NCBI GenBank assembly: GCA_037137535.1
Contig: JBAXKC010000058.1
Span: 1 to 11,350, forward strand
Direction: 5' to 3'
Source: a bacterium
GTDB lineage: Bacteria > Cyanobacteriota > Vampirovibrionia > Gastranaerophilales > JBAXKC01
DNA length: 11,350 nt
Part shown: one piece after another, positions 1-7,924 of the stretch
Numbering within the stretch: position 1 is the first letter of the stretch
How the letters are laid out: the number at the start of each line of letters is the position of its first letter
Made by a program: the position numbers and the translations under genes
The notes under the pieces: model-generated
What the model was told of the DNA's origin: nothing
Databases searched by the model: none
The model's input: the letters and a program-made list of their open reading frames with translations, nothing else

Positions 1-256
1 AGAATAGCAATGATAAGGGTTACCGTTAAAAAATGTTTTTAACCAAACAGCTTCTGATTTTGAGGGTGACATTCTTATCGCAAAAGAAAAAATCAAAAGA
101 TTAAAAGCTGAAACACAGCGAGCTTATGAGAATGCGCCAAAAATACTTAAAAGCAGATTAAATGAATTAAATGCTTATGATAAAAAATTATCAGCTCTAC
201 AAAAAGCCTCTGTTTCAACGCTTAATGCAATCGCTAACGAAAAACAAGGACTGATT

Positions 257-1522
257 TTGCCTGACAGCAACACTAATCACAAGCAAAAGCTAATTACTAA
301 TTCATTAGAAGCATTAGCAGCTTATAATTCAATTTCAAGAAATGGAATCGGAAGACCTAAAGAAGGTTTAATTAATCAAAATCAACTTTCCGTTGCCGAT
401 ATTTCTTCTTCACTAGATGATGTTTCAAATGAAAAATTCGACTGGAAAAAGTTTAACAAAAAAGATGCTTCATTTTATTCACAATTAAACACTCAACTTT
501 TATTTTCAGATGAAAAAGAAGTAATAACAAAACAAATAGATATATTAGCAGATAAAATTACCAATATAAAAGAAAAAGAGGCAAAACCTTCTCCTAAAAC
601 AGGATTAAATGTATATTTACCAGAAACAACAGGGAAGATAATGTCACTTGAAGCAGCGAAATTAAGAAGAGAAACTTTATTAAGCTCAATAATCAATCCT
701 ATTGCAGAAGAAAAGCTCTCACAGCCAAACATTATTGCTCAATCAATCAAAGGACAACAAGCACAATTTTTTGAAATAGATGAAGAACATTCTCCAAACG
801 AAAATCAAATAAAAGAAGTTCTAAGTTTAAATAGCCCATACAAACCTGTAATTGAACGTTTATTCAATAAAGGATTAGATGTCTTTTTTGTCCCTGGACA
901 TGCTGACAAAGAATTTGGAAATATTGAGGGCGGATTATGCTTAGCAGATAACCCTGATGCCGGTGTATGGATTGAAGCCTATGACGTAGAAAACAGATAT
1001 ATTCATATGGCAACTAAGGAAAAAGCATTAGCGGAATTAAATGAAGTTAAAAATTTCAAGCCCAGTGTATTATCAGATAATAAAGATAGAGCGAGAGCTT
1101 TAGCCCATGAATTAGGACATGTAATAAGTTTTAAGCTAATGGACTTAAATAGTGAAGAAAATCAAGATAACTCTGTTTTCTCATTAGATATAAGCTCAGG
1201 AATAGACTTTATGCAGGGTTGGAAAACTTTAAGAATGGGCGGTAAGTTAAATGATGACAGGATTATAAGAAACGAAAGAAAATATATGGATGATGAAAGT
1301 ATCGAAAATTTAAATTCTGCCGTTGATTATGAAATGGTAGCTGAAGACATCAGAACGGCAATTACAGGTGGAAATATTCCTGCTTCTTCTAAAATGACAG
1401 GGATCTCTGATCAAAGTGAAAATGGTAAAAAACAGCTAAGTTCTGTTGAAAACTATATAAAAAATTGCTTATTGAATGAGAAATCTCCATCTGAAGCACT
1501 TTTCGAGAATGTTGCACTTTAG
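257..1522 (+). CDS. Putative zinc metallopeptidase-like protein (HEXXH zincin motif); true start probably further upstream
   Basis: 421-aa ORF with ALAHELGHVI (HELGH at 1106-1120) and a downstream EMVAE (1331-1345), the pattern of a gluzincin third ligand. The TTG start is doubtful because the frame is open from position 17. Confidence 0.6.
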   Translation: MPDSNTNHKQKLITNSLEALAAYNSISRNGIGRPKEGLINQNQLSVADISSSLDDVSNEKFDWKKFNKKDASFYSQLNTQLLFSDEKEVITKQIDILADKITNIKEKEAKPSPKTGLNVYLPETTGKIMSLEAAKLRRETLLSSIINPIAEEKLSQPNIIAQSIKGQQAQFFEIDEEHSPNENQIKEVLSLNSPYKPVIERLFNKGLDVFFVPGHADKEFGNIEGGLCLADNPDAGVWIEAYDVENRYIHMATKEKALAELNEVKNFKPSVLSDNKDRARALAHELGHVISFKLMDLNSEENQDNSVFSLDISSGIDFMQGWKTLRMGGKLNDDRIIRNERKYMDDESIENLNSAVDYEMVAEDIRTAITGGNIPASSKMTGISDQSENGKKQLSSVENYIKNCLLNEKSPSEALFENVAL

Positions 1523-1616
1523 TTATTTTTAATAAATCATCAAGTTATCTCATAAGGTAATGAAAAAACATAAAAAAACACCTATTCTTAAATAAGGGAA
1601 AACGAGGAGGGTGTAT

Positions 1617-1739
1617 ATGGGATTAGTTCTGCAAGTTTTTAAAATAGCAGGAATAATTGGCTTTTTTATGTTTCCTTTAATTGTTATTGTTGCAATCTAT
1701 TATCTATGGGCAATAATACACGGGCTTAGCTATTTTTAA
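1617..1739 (+). CDS. Small hydrophobic membrane protein, 40 aa (MGLVLQVFKIAGIIGFFMFPLIVIVAIYYLWAIIHGLSYF)
   Basis: Translated by hand; not in the ORF track. SD GAGGAGG at 1604-1610 lies 6 nt before the ATG. The peptide is almost entirely hydrophobic, and the stop TAA at 1737-1739 is 3 nt from the end of mpg. Confidence 0.7.
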   Translation: MGLVLQVFKIAGIIGFFMFPLIVIVAIYYLWAIIHGLSYF

Positions 1740-1742
1740 AAT

Positions 1743-2285
1743 TTATTTTTTTGAAATATACGGGTTATCTTTAATATAAAATCGCCAAGGATAATCAGTA
1801 GCAAGTTTTATTCCTATTCTTGCAGTGGTTATTATATTATCAGCAGTAATTTCGTTATATTTTTCAATCCATAAATTTGATTTATTTGAGGTTAAATCTA
1901 TCTCGTTAAACTCTTTTGTTATGCTCAAGGCTTTACAGAGTTTACCAGGTCCATTTGAATTGCTGATATTTTCTATTGGCTCTAATGCCCTTATTAAAAC
2001 TGCCCCCGCTGTATCAAAAGGCTCTGTAACGGTATTAAGGCAATAATACATTCCATAAATAAGATAAACGTAGGCTAATCCTGCTTCTTTGAATAAAGTT
2101 GAAGCTCGTGGAGTTTTGCCTTTAAAAGAATGACAGGCAGGGTCATCTTGCTTATAGGCTTCCGTTTCTACAATAATTCCCGAGTATATTTTATTTCCAA
2201 TTTGTCTGACTATTTTACAACCTAAAAGCTCTTTTGCCACAATCAAGGTGTCTCTATTATAAAAATCCTTTTTTAAAATACTCAT
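1743..2285 (-). CDS. mpg: DNA-3-methyladenine glycosylase (MPG/AAG family)
   Basis: Family motifs GIIVETEAY, AYVYLIYGMYYCLN, AVLIRALEP, GPGKLCKAL, RIGI and PWRF; typical length of 180 aa. Confidence 0.95.
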   Translation of the reverse strand: MSILKKDFYNRDTLIVAKELLGCKIVRQIGNKIYSGIIVETEAYKQDDPACHSFKGKTPRASTLFKEAGLAYVYLIYGMYYCLNTVTEPFDTAGAVLIRALEPIENISNSNGPGKLCKALSITKEFNEIDLTSNKSNLWIEKYNEITADNIITTARIGIKLATDYPWRFYIKDNPYISKK

Positions 2286-2407
2286 TATTAAAAGCCTTCA
2301 ATCAAATTTTGTTAAATTATAAGATAAATGTATTTAATAAAAATTTTGTCTTAGATATAATTCGTTTATAGCATAACATTATTTTATATAGAATGTCTGG
2401 AATTTTT

Positions 2408-3223
2408 ATGTCAATTATTCTTTCAAAGAAATTAGGATTAATAGCGGGAGATGGTGAGCTTCCTGTTGTATTGGCTCGATCTGCAACTCAAAGCGGATTT
2501 GAAATAGTCGCAATTTCACTATCTTCAGATAATACAACTGCTTTAAAAAGATATTGCAGTAAAGTCTATTCTTATGGACCGGGTGAAGTTCAAAAAACAA
2601 TGGATGCTTTGCATAAAGAGGGTATTACTCAAATTACCTTTATCGGCAAAGTCCATAAAGGAATGTTATTTAGAAAACCAAAACTTGATAAACGTGCTTT
2701 TAAGCTGTTATCTCAAATTAAAAGATTAAATGACGATGCAATAATGCTTACAGTCGTAGGCGAACTTGAAAAAGAAGGCATAGCTGTTTTAGATCAGTCA
2801 ATATTTTTAAAAGAATTATTAGCGGCAAAAGGTGTTTTAGGCGAACATAAACCAACTCCCGAGCAGCTTGCAGACATTGAATACGGATTTGAAATAGCAA
2901 AACATATAGGCAAAATCGACATAGGGCAAACTGTTGTTGTTCAAAACAAAATGATACTTGCAGTGGAAGCTATTGAAGGAACAGATAGAGCAATCGAAAG
3001 AGGTTGCAGACTCGGCAAAAAACAGGCTGTTGTTGTAAAAGTAAGTAAACCAAAGCAGGATAACCGCTTTGATATTCCAACGGCAGGTGTTCATACTCTT
3101 AAAACCATGAAAAAATATGGTGCAAATGTTTTAGCGATTGAAGCTAATGAAACTTTTATTGTACAAAAAGATGAAATGATTGAATTTGCCGATAAAAATA
3201 AAATGGTACTTATCGCTGTATGA
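2408..3223 (+). CDS. lpxI: UDP-2,3-diacylglucosamine diphosphatase LpxI (alternative start at 2393)
   Basis: N-terminal LGLIAGDGELP; C-terminal DIGQTVVV, LAVEAIEGTD and KVSKPKQDNRFDIPTAG; directly upstream of lpxB. Confidence 0.92.
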   Translation: MSIILSKKLGLIAGDGELPVVLARSATQSGFEIVAISLSSDNTTALKRYCSKVYSYGPGEVQKTMDALHKEGITQITFIGKVHKGMLFRKPKLDKRAFKLLSQIKRLNDDAIMLTVVGELEKEGIAVLDQSIFLKELLAAKGVLGEHKPTPEQLADIEYGFEIAKHIGKIDIGQTVVVQNKMILAVEAIEGTDRAIERGCRLGKKQAVVVKVSKPKQDNRFDIPTAGVHTLKTMKKYGANVLAIEANETFIVQKDEMIEFADKNKMVLIAV

Positions 3224-4374
3224 AAAGAGTTTTTATAGTAACAGGCGAACATTCAGGCGATACGCATGCGGCTTCTGTTGTTGAAGAATTAAGAAAAATA
3301 AATCCTGAAGTTGAAATTGAGGCAATTGGTGGAAGTAACCTTGAAAGACAAGGTGTTAAGCTATTTGGAACTCATTCAAAAATGGGAGTTGTAGGTCTTG
3401 ATGCTTTAAAGGCTATTTTTAGTCATATTCAGCTTGGAAAAGATATTCTTAATTATCTTAAAAATGAATTCAAACCAGATCTTGTTCTTTTAATTGATTA
3501 TGGCGGATTTAATCTAAGACTTGCGGAATTTCTTAAAAAAGAAGGATTTCCTGTTTATTATTATATTGCGCCACAAGTTTGGGCTTCAAGAAAAGGCCGC
3601 ATTAAAAAAATTAAAAAATATATTGATAAAGTGATGGTTATTTTCCCATTTGAAGAGGATTTCCATAAAAACGAAGGTGTAAATGCTGAATATGTAGGTC
3701 ATCCTTTATTATCGCAATTGCCTAAAGCCACATCAAAGAAAAAATTCTCTAAAAATAACTTTATTGATGAAAATAAGAAACTTGTCGGAATTTTCCCCGG
3801 TAGCAGAAAGATGGAATTAGAGTATCTTTTACCTATTTTTATAAAATCAGCTAATTTGATTTATGAAAAATCTGATAAAGAAATTGAATTTTTCATCTGT
3901 CGTGCTTCAAATTTCTCAAAAGAACGATTCCAGACTTTCCTGGATAATGCTCTTAAACAAGTAAAAAATAATAAAATTACCTTTAGAGTTACAAATGAAA
4001 ACAATGCTCTTTTATCTTCCTGTGATGTATCAATTTTAGCGTCGGGAACAATTACGCTTGAAGCAGCATTATATAAAACACCTATGGTTGTTAGCTATAA
4101 AGGGCCTACCATAGCTTATTTAATCTACTTAATGGTAAAATCACTAAAATATGTATCTTTGCCTAATATTATAAGTGGTGAAAAAGTAGTAGAAGAGCTT
4201 CTTCAGTTCAAAGCACAGCCAAAACTCATTTCAGAGGAAGTAATCGGCTTGTTGTATGACAAAGATAAACGAACAACAATGTTAAATAAATTGTCTAATA
4301 TTAGAGAAAAATTTGGCGATAAAGTAGCTGCTGAAGAAGTTGCAAGAATAATAAATTATAAAATTTCCGAATAA
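3220..4374 (+). CDS. lpxB: Lipid-A-disaccharide synthase
   Basis: Motifs VTGEHSGD, IDYGGFNL, YYIAPQVWASR, IFPFE, VGHPL, FPGSR, SGTITLEAAL and LPNII; ATGA overlap with the lpxI stop (3220-3223). Confidence 0.97.
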   Translation: MKRVFIVTGEHSGDTHAASVVEELRKINPEVEIEAIGGSNLERQGVKLFGTHSKMGVVGLDALKAIFSHIQLGKDILNYLKNEFKPDLVLLIDYGGFNLRLAEFLKKEGFPVYYYIAPQVWASRKGRIKKIKKYIDKVMVIFPFEEDFHKNEGVNAEYVGHPLLSQLPKATSKKKFSKNNFIDENKKLVGIFPGSRKMELEYLLPIFIKSANLIYEKSDKEIEFFICRASNFSKERFQTFLDNALKQVKNNKITFRVTNENNALLSSCDVSILASGTITLEAALYKTPMVVSYKGPTIAYLIYLMVKSLKYVSLPNIISGEKVVEELLQFKAQPKLISEEVIGLLYDKDKRTTMLNKLSNIREKFGDKVAAEEVARIINYKISE

Positions 4375-4484
4375 TTATTTTATAAAAGATTTGTTAATCC
4401 AATTAAATATTCGCATAGGTGATGATAATTATTGATTATTAGGATTTAATGATTATTTAATCAAGAAAAAATAGGCTTATATTT

Positions 4485-5201
4485 ATGAAAAACAAATTTA
4501 TTATTGTTTTAATCGTTTTATTTATGGCCATTATTAATATAACCCCAGTTTTTGCAAGTTCTAATACAACTTGTACCTATTCTGCCGAAAACAAAGTAAA
4601 ATCAAACAAATTAATCAAAATATCAAATATTGTAAAACAAGAAGATGATGAAAATAAGCCTCAAGCTACTGAACAATATCCTTTATTAGATAAAATAGAA
4701 AAAAAGGTTTTTAATAATTCTTTTCAAAATGAAGATATTTATTCTCGCCTCAACAGACTTGAGTTAAAAGTTTTCAAAACCACTTCTAATGCAAATTTAG
4801 TCGATAGAGTAGAAAAATTAAAATTAGCAATAATTCCTGAATATTCAGACAACTTAAGTAAAAACGATGATAATGACAATGACTATGAATACGTACCTAC
4901 AAATAAAATTAAAGATGTGCAAAAAATTGTTTCTGCTTTAGAAACAATTGAACTTGGTGAAAATTATGACAATGAAAGTATTGAAGATAGAATTGCAAGA
5001 TTAGAAACAAAGGTTTTTAATAATGTATCTGATAAAGATCCAATTACTGAAAGATTGGAAAGATTAGTTGCCATACAACAAGCTCAACCATCAAGCAAAG
5101 AAATAAATCAAAATGCAGGAACTCTTCCACAACAGGCTTTTGCTGCAAGAGCAGGACAAATTGGAACAATAATTATGATTCTTTTATCGCTAATTCTTTA
5201 A
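4485..5201 (+). CDS. Exported or membrane-anchored hypothetical protein with internal helical repeats
   Basis: Sec-type signal MKNKFIIVLIVLFMAIINITPVFA; repeats EDIYSRLNRLELKVF and ESIEDRIARLETKVF; hydrophobic C-terminal tail IGTIIMILLSLIL. Confidence 0.8.
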   Translation: MKNKFIIVLIVLFMAIINITPVFASSNTTCTYSAENKVKSNKLIKISNIVKQEDDENKPQATEQYPLLDKIEKKVFNNSFQNEDIYSRLNRLELKVFKTTSNANLVDRVEKLKLAIIPEYSDNLSKNDDNDNDYEYVPTNKIKDVQKIVSALETIELGENYDNESIEDRIARLETKVFNNVSDKDPITERLERLVAIQQAQPSSKEINQNAGTLPQQAFAARAGQIGTIIMILLSLIL

Positions 5202-5845
5202 ATATTTGATTCAATAAGGCCTTTACTTATAGCCGTTAATATAGCCTGAGTCCTATTAGCAACCTGCATTTTTTTGAAAATATTTTTCAAATGCGTTTTT
5301 ACAGTTAATTCACTTAAATAAAGATTTTCAGCAATTTGTTTATTACTTTTGCCCAAGCCTATTAATTGAAGAATTTCTTTTTCTCTTGTTGTCAATTTAT
5401 TCTTTTGAATTGTATTTTCAGTCGTGCTAAATAATTTATAATCTTCTTCACTCCAAAGAATACGTCTTAATAAGGCTTCTATCTTTGCATTTAACGTAAT
5501 TATATTAAAAGGTTTGCAAATATAATCATCCGCCCCAAGTTTTAATCCTGATACAAGAAGCGTTTCATTTTTGCTGTCAGCCGTCAAAATAATAGGCACT
5601 CTCTTTAACTGAGGATTCAATCTTATTTTAGTCAATAAATCCCAACCATTGATATTATCAATTAATATATCAAGAATTATCAGCTCAAATGGCAACGACT
5701 TTTTTTCCAATAAAAGTTCTGCCTCTTGAATATAATTACATAACGATACCTCATAGCTATTATGCAATTCTAAATTAGCATAAATTTCACTATCTTTATC
5801 GATAATCCATATGTGAGACTTTTTAAACACGTTAAAAATCCCCAA
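5198..5845 (-). CDS. Response regulator, REC plus LuxR-type HTH
   Basis: REC motifs LIILD, PIILTA and GADDYICKPF; LuxR HTH LTTREKEILQLIGLGKSNKQIAENLYLSELTVKTH. The TTG start is preceded by purine-rich AGGGAAGAAGG. The stop overlaps the convergent gene (TTAA, 5198-5201). Confidence 0.93.
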   Translation of the reverse strand: MGIFNVFKKSHIWIIDKDSEIYANLELHNSYEVSLCNYIQEAELLLEKKSLPFELIILDILIDNINGWDLLTKIRLNPQLKRVPIILTADSKNETLLVSGLKLGADDYICKPFNIITLNAKIEALLRRILWSEEDYKLFSTTENTIQKNKLTTREKEILQLIGLGKSNKQIAENLYLSELTVKTHLKNIFKKMQVANRTQAILTAISKGLIESNI

Positions 5846-5989
5846 CCTTCTTCCCTAAATATGATATATGTTGAGTATCTCAGCTATCTAGCATTTATAA
5901 AACCATCAACATGGCAGTATACAAGTTTAAATTTATAGACCCGATTGTTTTACGTTTATTAATCTTTTACATTTTTAGTAAACAAGTGC

Positions 5990-6017
5990 TTGCAATTATT
6001 TTTATTAGTTATATGAT
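5990..6017 (+). promoter_or_regulatory. Putative sigma70 promoter for the tRNA
   Basis: TTGCAA (5990-5995), 16 nt, TATGAT (6012-6017), ending 13 nt before the tRNA. Confidence 0.45.
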
Positions 6018-6030
6018 ATATATATACCGA

Positions 6031-6107
<77 letters not shown>

Positions 6108-6113
6108 AATAAC

Positions 6114-6150
6114 AAGAGGCTTTCGAGAAATCGAAGCCTCTTTTGTTTTT
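6114..6150 (+). terminator. Intrinsic terminator after tRNA-fMet
   Basis: Stem AAGAGGCTT(T)CGA / TCGAAGCCTCTT with a GAAA loop, running into TTGTTTTT. Confidence 0.85.
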
Positions 6151-6154
6151 GACC

Positions 6155-6173
6155 TTGGTGCATATTTGGTGCA
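6155..6173. repeat. Direct repeat TTGGTGCA x2 (11-bp period)
   Basis: TTGGTGCA at 6155-6162 and 6166-6173, just after the tRNA terminator. Confidence 0.6.
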
Positions 6174-6253
6174 GGTAAATGTTTTGGAGAACCTGTTTAA
6201 GCAGAGAACAATCTAACAAAGATAAGCTAATTTTTTCAGGCAAATTCAAATCG

Positions 6254-6262
6254 TGATATAAT
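6254..6262 (+). promoter_or_regulatory. Extended -10 promoter element (TGATATAAT) for the 116-aa gene
   Basis: TG-n-TATAAT consensus match about 50 nt upstream of ATG 6311. Confidence 0.45.
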
Positions 6263-6310
6263 ATATAAACTTTATTAATATATTCGGTTTAACTAAAAAA
6301 AAATAAGTAA

Positions 6311-6661
6311 ATGCATTCACGCAGTAAAACAAAGTGTCAATATATACATTTTAAAAACAGGCTTAAAGAGCGTTTCAATATTAATTTAACGAAAGATATG
6401 CATAAACGTTTTGTTAAACAAATTCAAACTGGAAAAGCTGATTTTATTGAACGTAAATCAAATAGGCTTACTATTTGGGCTATAAATTATGAAAATCAAA
6501 CGCTTGTTTTTGTTTATGACAAGGAAAGAAAAAGCATAGCAACTGTTTTACCAAAAGATTGCTATATGATTGATGAGGAGGATAATAAAGTTTTATTTAA
6601 GTATGACTTGAATGCTCGTTTTGGTATTTTTCAAGAATCAGTCGTTTATGAGGCTAATTAG
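6311..6661 (+). CDS. Hypothetical protein, possibly with a RelE/BECR-like (DUF4258-like) nuclease fold
   Basis: 116-aa ORF with a basic N-terminal part, HFKNRLKER and a C-terminal strand pattern LVFVYDKERKSIATVL. The fold call is pattern inference only. Confidence 0.6.
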   Translation: MHSRSKTKCQYIHFKNRLKERFNINLTKDMHKRFVKQIQTGKADFIERKSNRLTIWAINYENQTLVFVYDKERKSIATVLPKDCYMIDEEDNKVLFKYDLNARFGIFQESVVYEAN

Positions 6662-6667
6662 AGTTAC

Positions 6668-7738
6668 CTACTTTTTCCAAGTTTTAACTCGTTCTTTGGA
6701 TAAATTTAACATCTCAATCAATTTATCTGTATCTTTCTCATCTATCACAATATCAGTCCAGTAAGAATCGTTCTTATTGATTTTAAATAAATATTTTATT
6801 GCTACAATCAAACGTTTAAAGAAATTTTCATGTTTATTCATTTGAACAAATAAATAAACTAATCCATCTTCATCAATTTCAAACTTGTAAATATGGTCAG
6901 AGGTGTGACATCTGCATTCAAAATGTTCTATTTTCATAACTAATTTATCCTCATTTTGATATAAGTTTGTAAGTATTGGGAATTTGTCTTTTTCGATTTT
7001 TTCTACTACGGGAGTTGGAACGACAATCTTTTGTCTATAAATAATTGGCAATTTATCTTTTTCAATTTGTTCTACTACTCTCATAAGTTCAGAGAGAAAA
7101 AGTTGCTTATCTATTAAAGCATCAAATATTATTTCTATATCTAAATTATCATAGTTTTGTATTATAACTCGAATTTTATCATCAAGAGTCCAAACAAGTA
7201 TTTTTGTATAATTCCATTCTTCAATAAGAATATTTGCATAGTTATCCTGTTCGATTTTTTTAATGAAGTTATGTATATCAGTAACCATCCAATCCCATAT
7301 AACGGATATTTTAACACTTTGCATTTTAGATTTTATTTCTAAATCCACAGTTACATAAGGTTCTTCACCTTCATCAAAGTCCCCATCATTCATTACTTCA
7401 TCAAAGTAAAAATCAATGCTAAATTCATCGCTAATTTCACATTTATTTGTTGGTATTGGCATAACATCATTAGGTTCATACCATTTCTTTAATTCAGGTA
7501 AATATATAAGATTTGTTGTCATATGGGTTATATAAGCATCAGGCTTATAACTTATAAACTCGGAGGCATTTCCGCTACATTTTCCATAAAGCTTATAGTC
7601 ATACCATTTCTTTAAATCTAAATATTTTTGACATTTTTGTACACAAGTTTTTTCATCGCCTGACATTTCAGCATAAAACCAACCTACTGAAGCATCAAGT
7701 TTGTATAATACTCTATAATATGTATTTAGATTGTTCAC
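6668..7738 (-). CDS. Hypothetical multi-domain (chimeric-looking) protein, 356 aa
   Basis: Long ORF with a GTG start preceded by SD AGGTG; acidic central domain; C-terminal FECRCHTSDH domain; convergent with 6311-6661 across a 6-nt gap. Confidence 0.8.
   Translation of the reverse strand: MNNLNTYYRVLYKLDASVGWFYAEMSGDEKTCVQKCQKYLDLKKWYDYKLYGKCSGNASEFISYKPDAYITHMTTNLIYLPELKKWYEPNDVMPIPTNKCEISDEFSIDFYFDEVMNDGDFDEGEEPYVTVDLEIKSKMQSVKISVIWDWMVTDIHNFIKKIEQDNYANILIEEWNYTKILVWTLDDKIRVIIQNYDNLDIEIIFDALIDKQLFLSELMRVVEQIEKDKLPIIYRQKIVVPTPVVEKIEKDKFPILTNLYQNEDKLVMKIEHFECRCHTSDHIYKFEIDEDGLVYLFVQMNKHENFFKRLIVAIKYLFKINKNDSYWTDIVIDEKDTDKLIEMLNLSKERVKTWKK
6975..7078. repeat. Intragenic 35-bp direct repeat (31/35 identical, 69-bp period)
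   Basis: Copies at 6975-7009 and 7044-7078, encoding (V)VEKIEKDKFPI and (V)VEQIEKDKLPI. Confidence 0.85.
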
Positions 7739-7924
7739 AATTCACCTATAAATCATTTTAATATCAATTGTATCAGAATATGTTCTAGAAGCTACCTGAA
7801 AAATTAAATTTATTTAGCAAGTCATCTCGGCATCAAATACAATATTGATATATAAACCTCATTTTCAGTAGTTAATGACTAGTAATTTTAATCTTTAGGA
7901 TTTATTCGCTAGTTGTTTAGGATT

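Noticed and set aside
493..732. 79-aa minus-strand ORF
   Set aside because: Antisense shadow entirely inside the 257-1522 gene, with no independent signal.
1825..2046. 73-aa plus-strand ORF
   Set aside because: Antisense shadow of mpg.
2415..3094. Two minus-strand ORFs (61 and 85 aa)
   Set aside because: Antisense to the well-conserved lpxI.
6245..6252. TTCAAATC match to the tRNA T-loop as an att duplicate
   Set aside because: Only 8 bp and not continued into the acceptor stem; expected by chance.
6975..7078. 35-bp repeat pair as a mini-CRISPR or a DGR template/variable repeat
   Set aside because: Repeat and spacer lengths (35/34 bp) are CRISPR-like, but there are only two imperfect, non-palindromic copies. 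They are in frame within a CDS, mismatches are not confined to adenines, and no cas or reverse transcriptase gene is present.
7157..7342. 61-aa plus-strand ORF
   Set aside because: Antisense shadow of the 356-aa gene.
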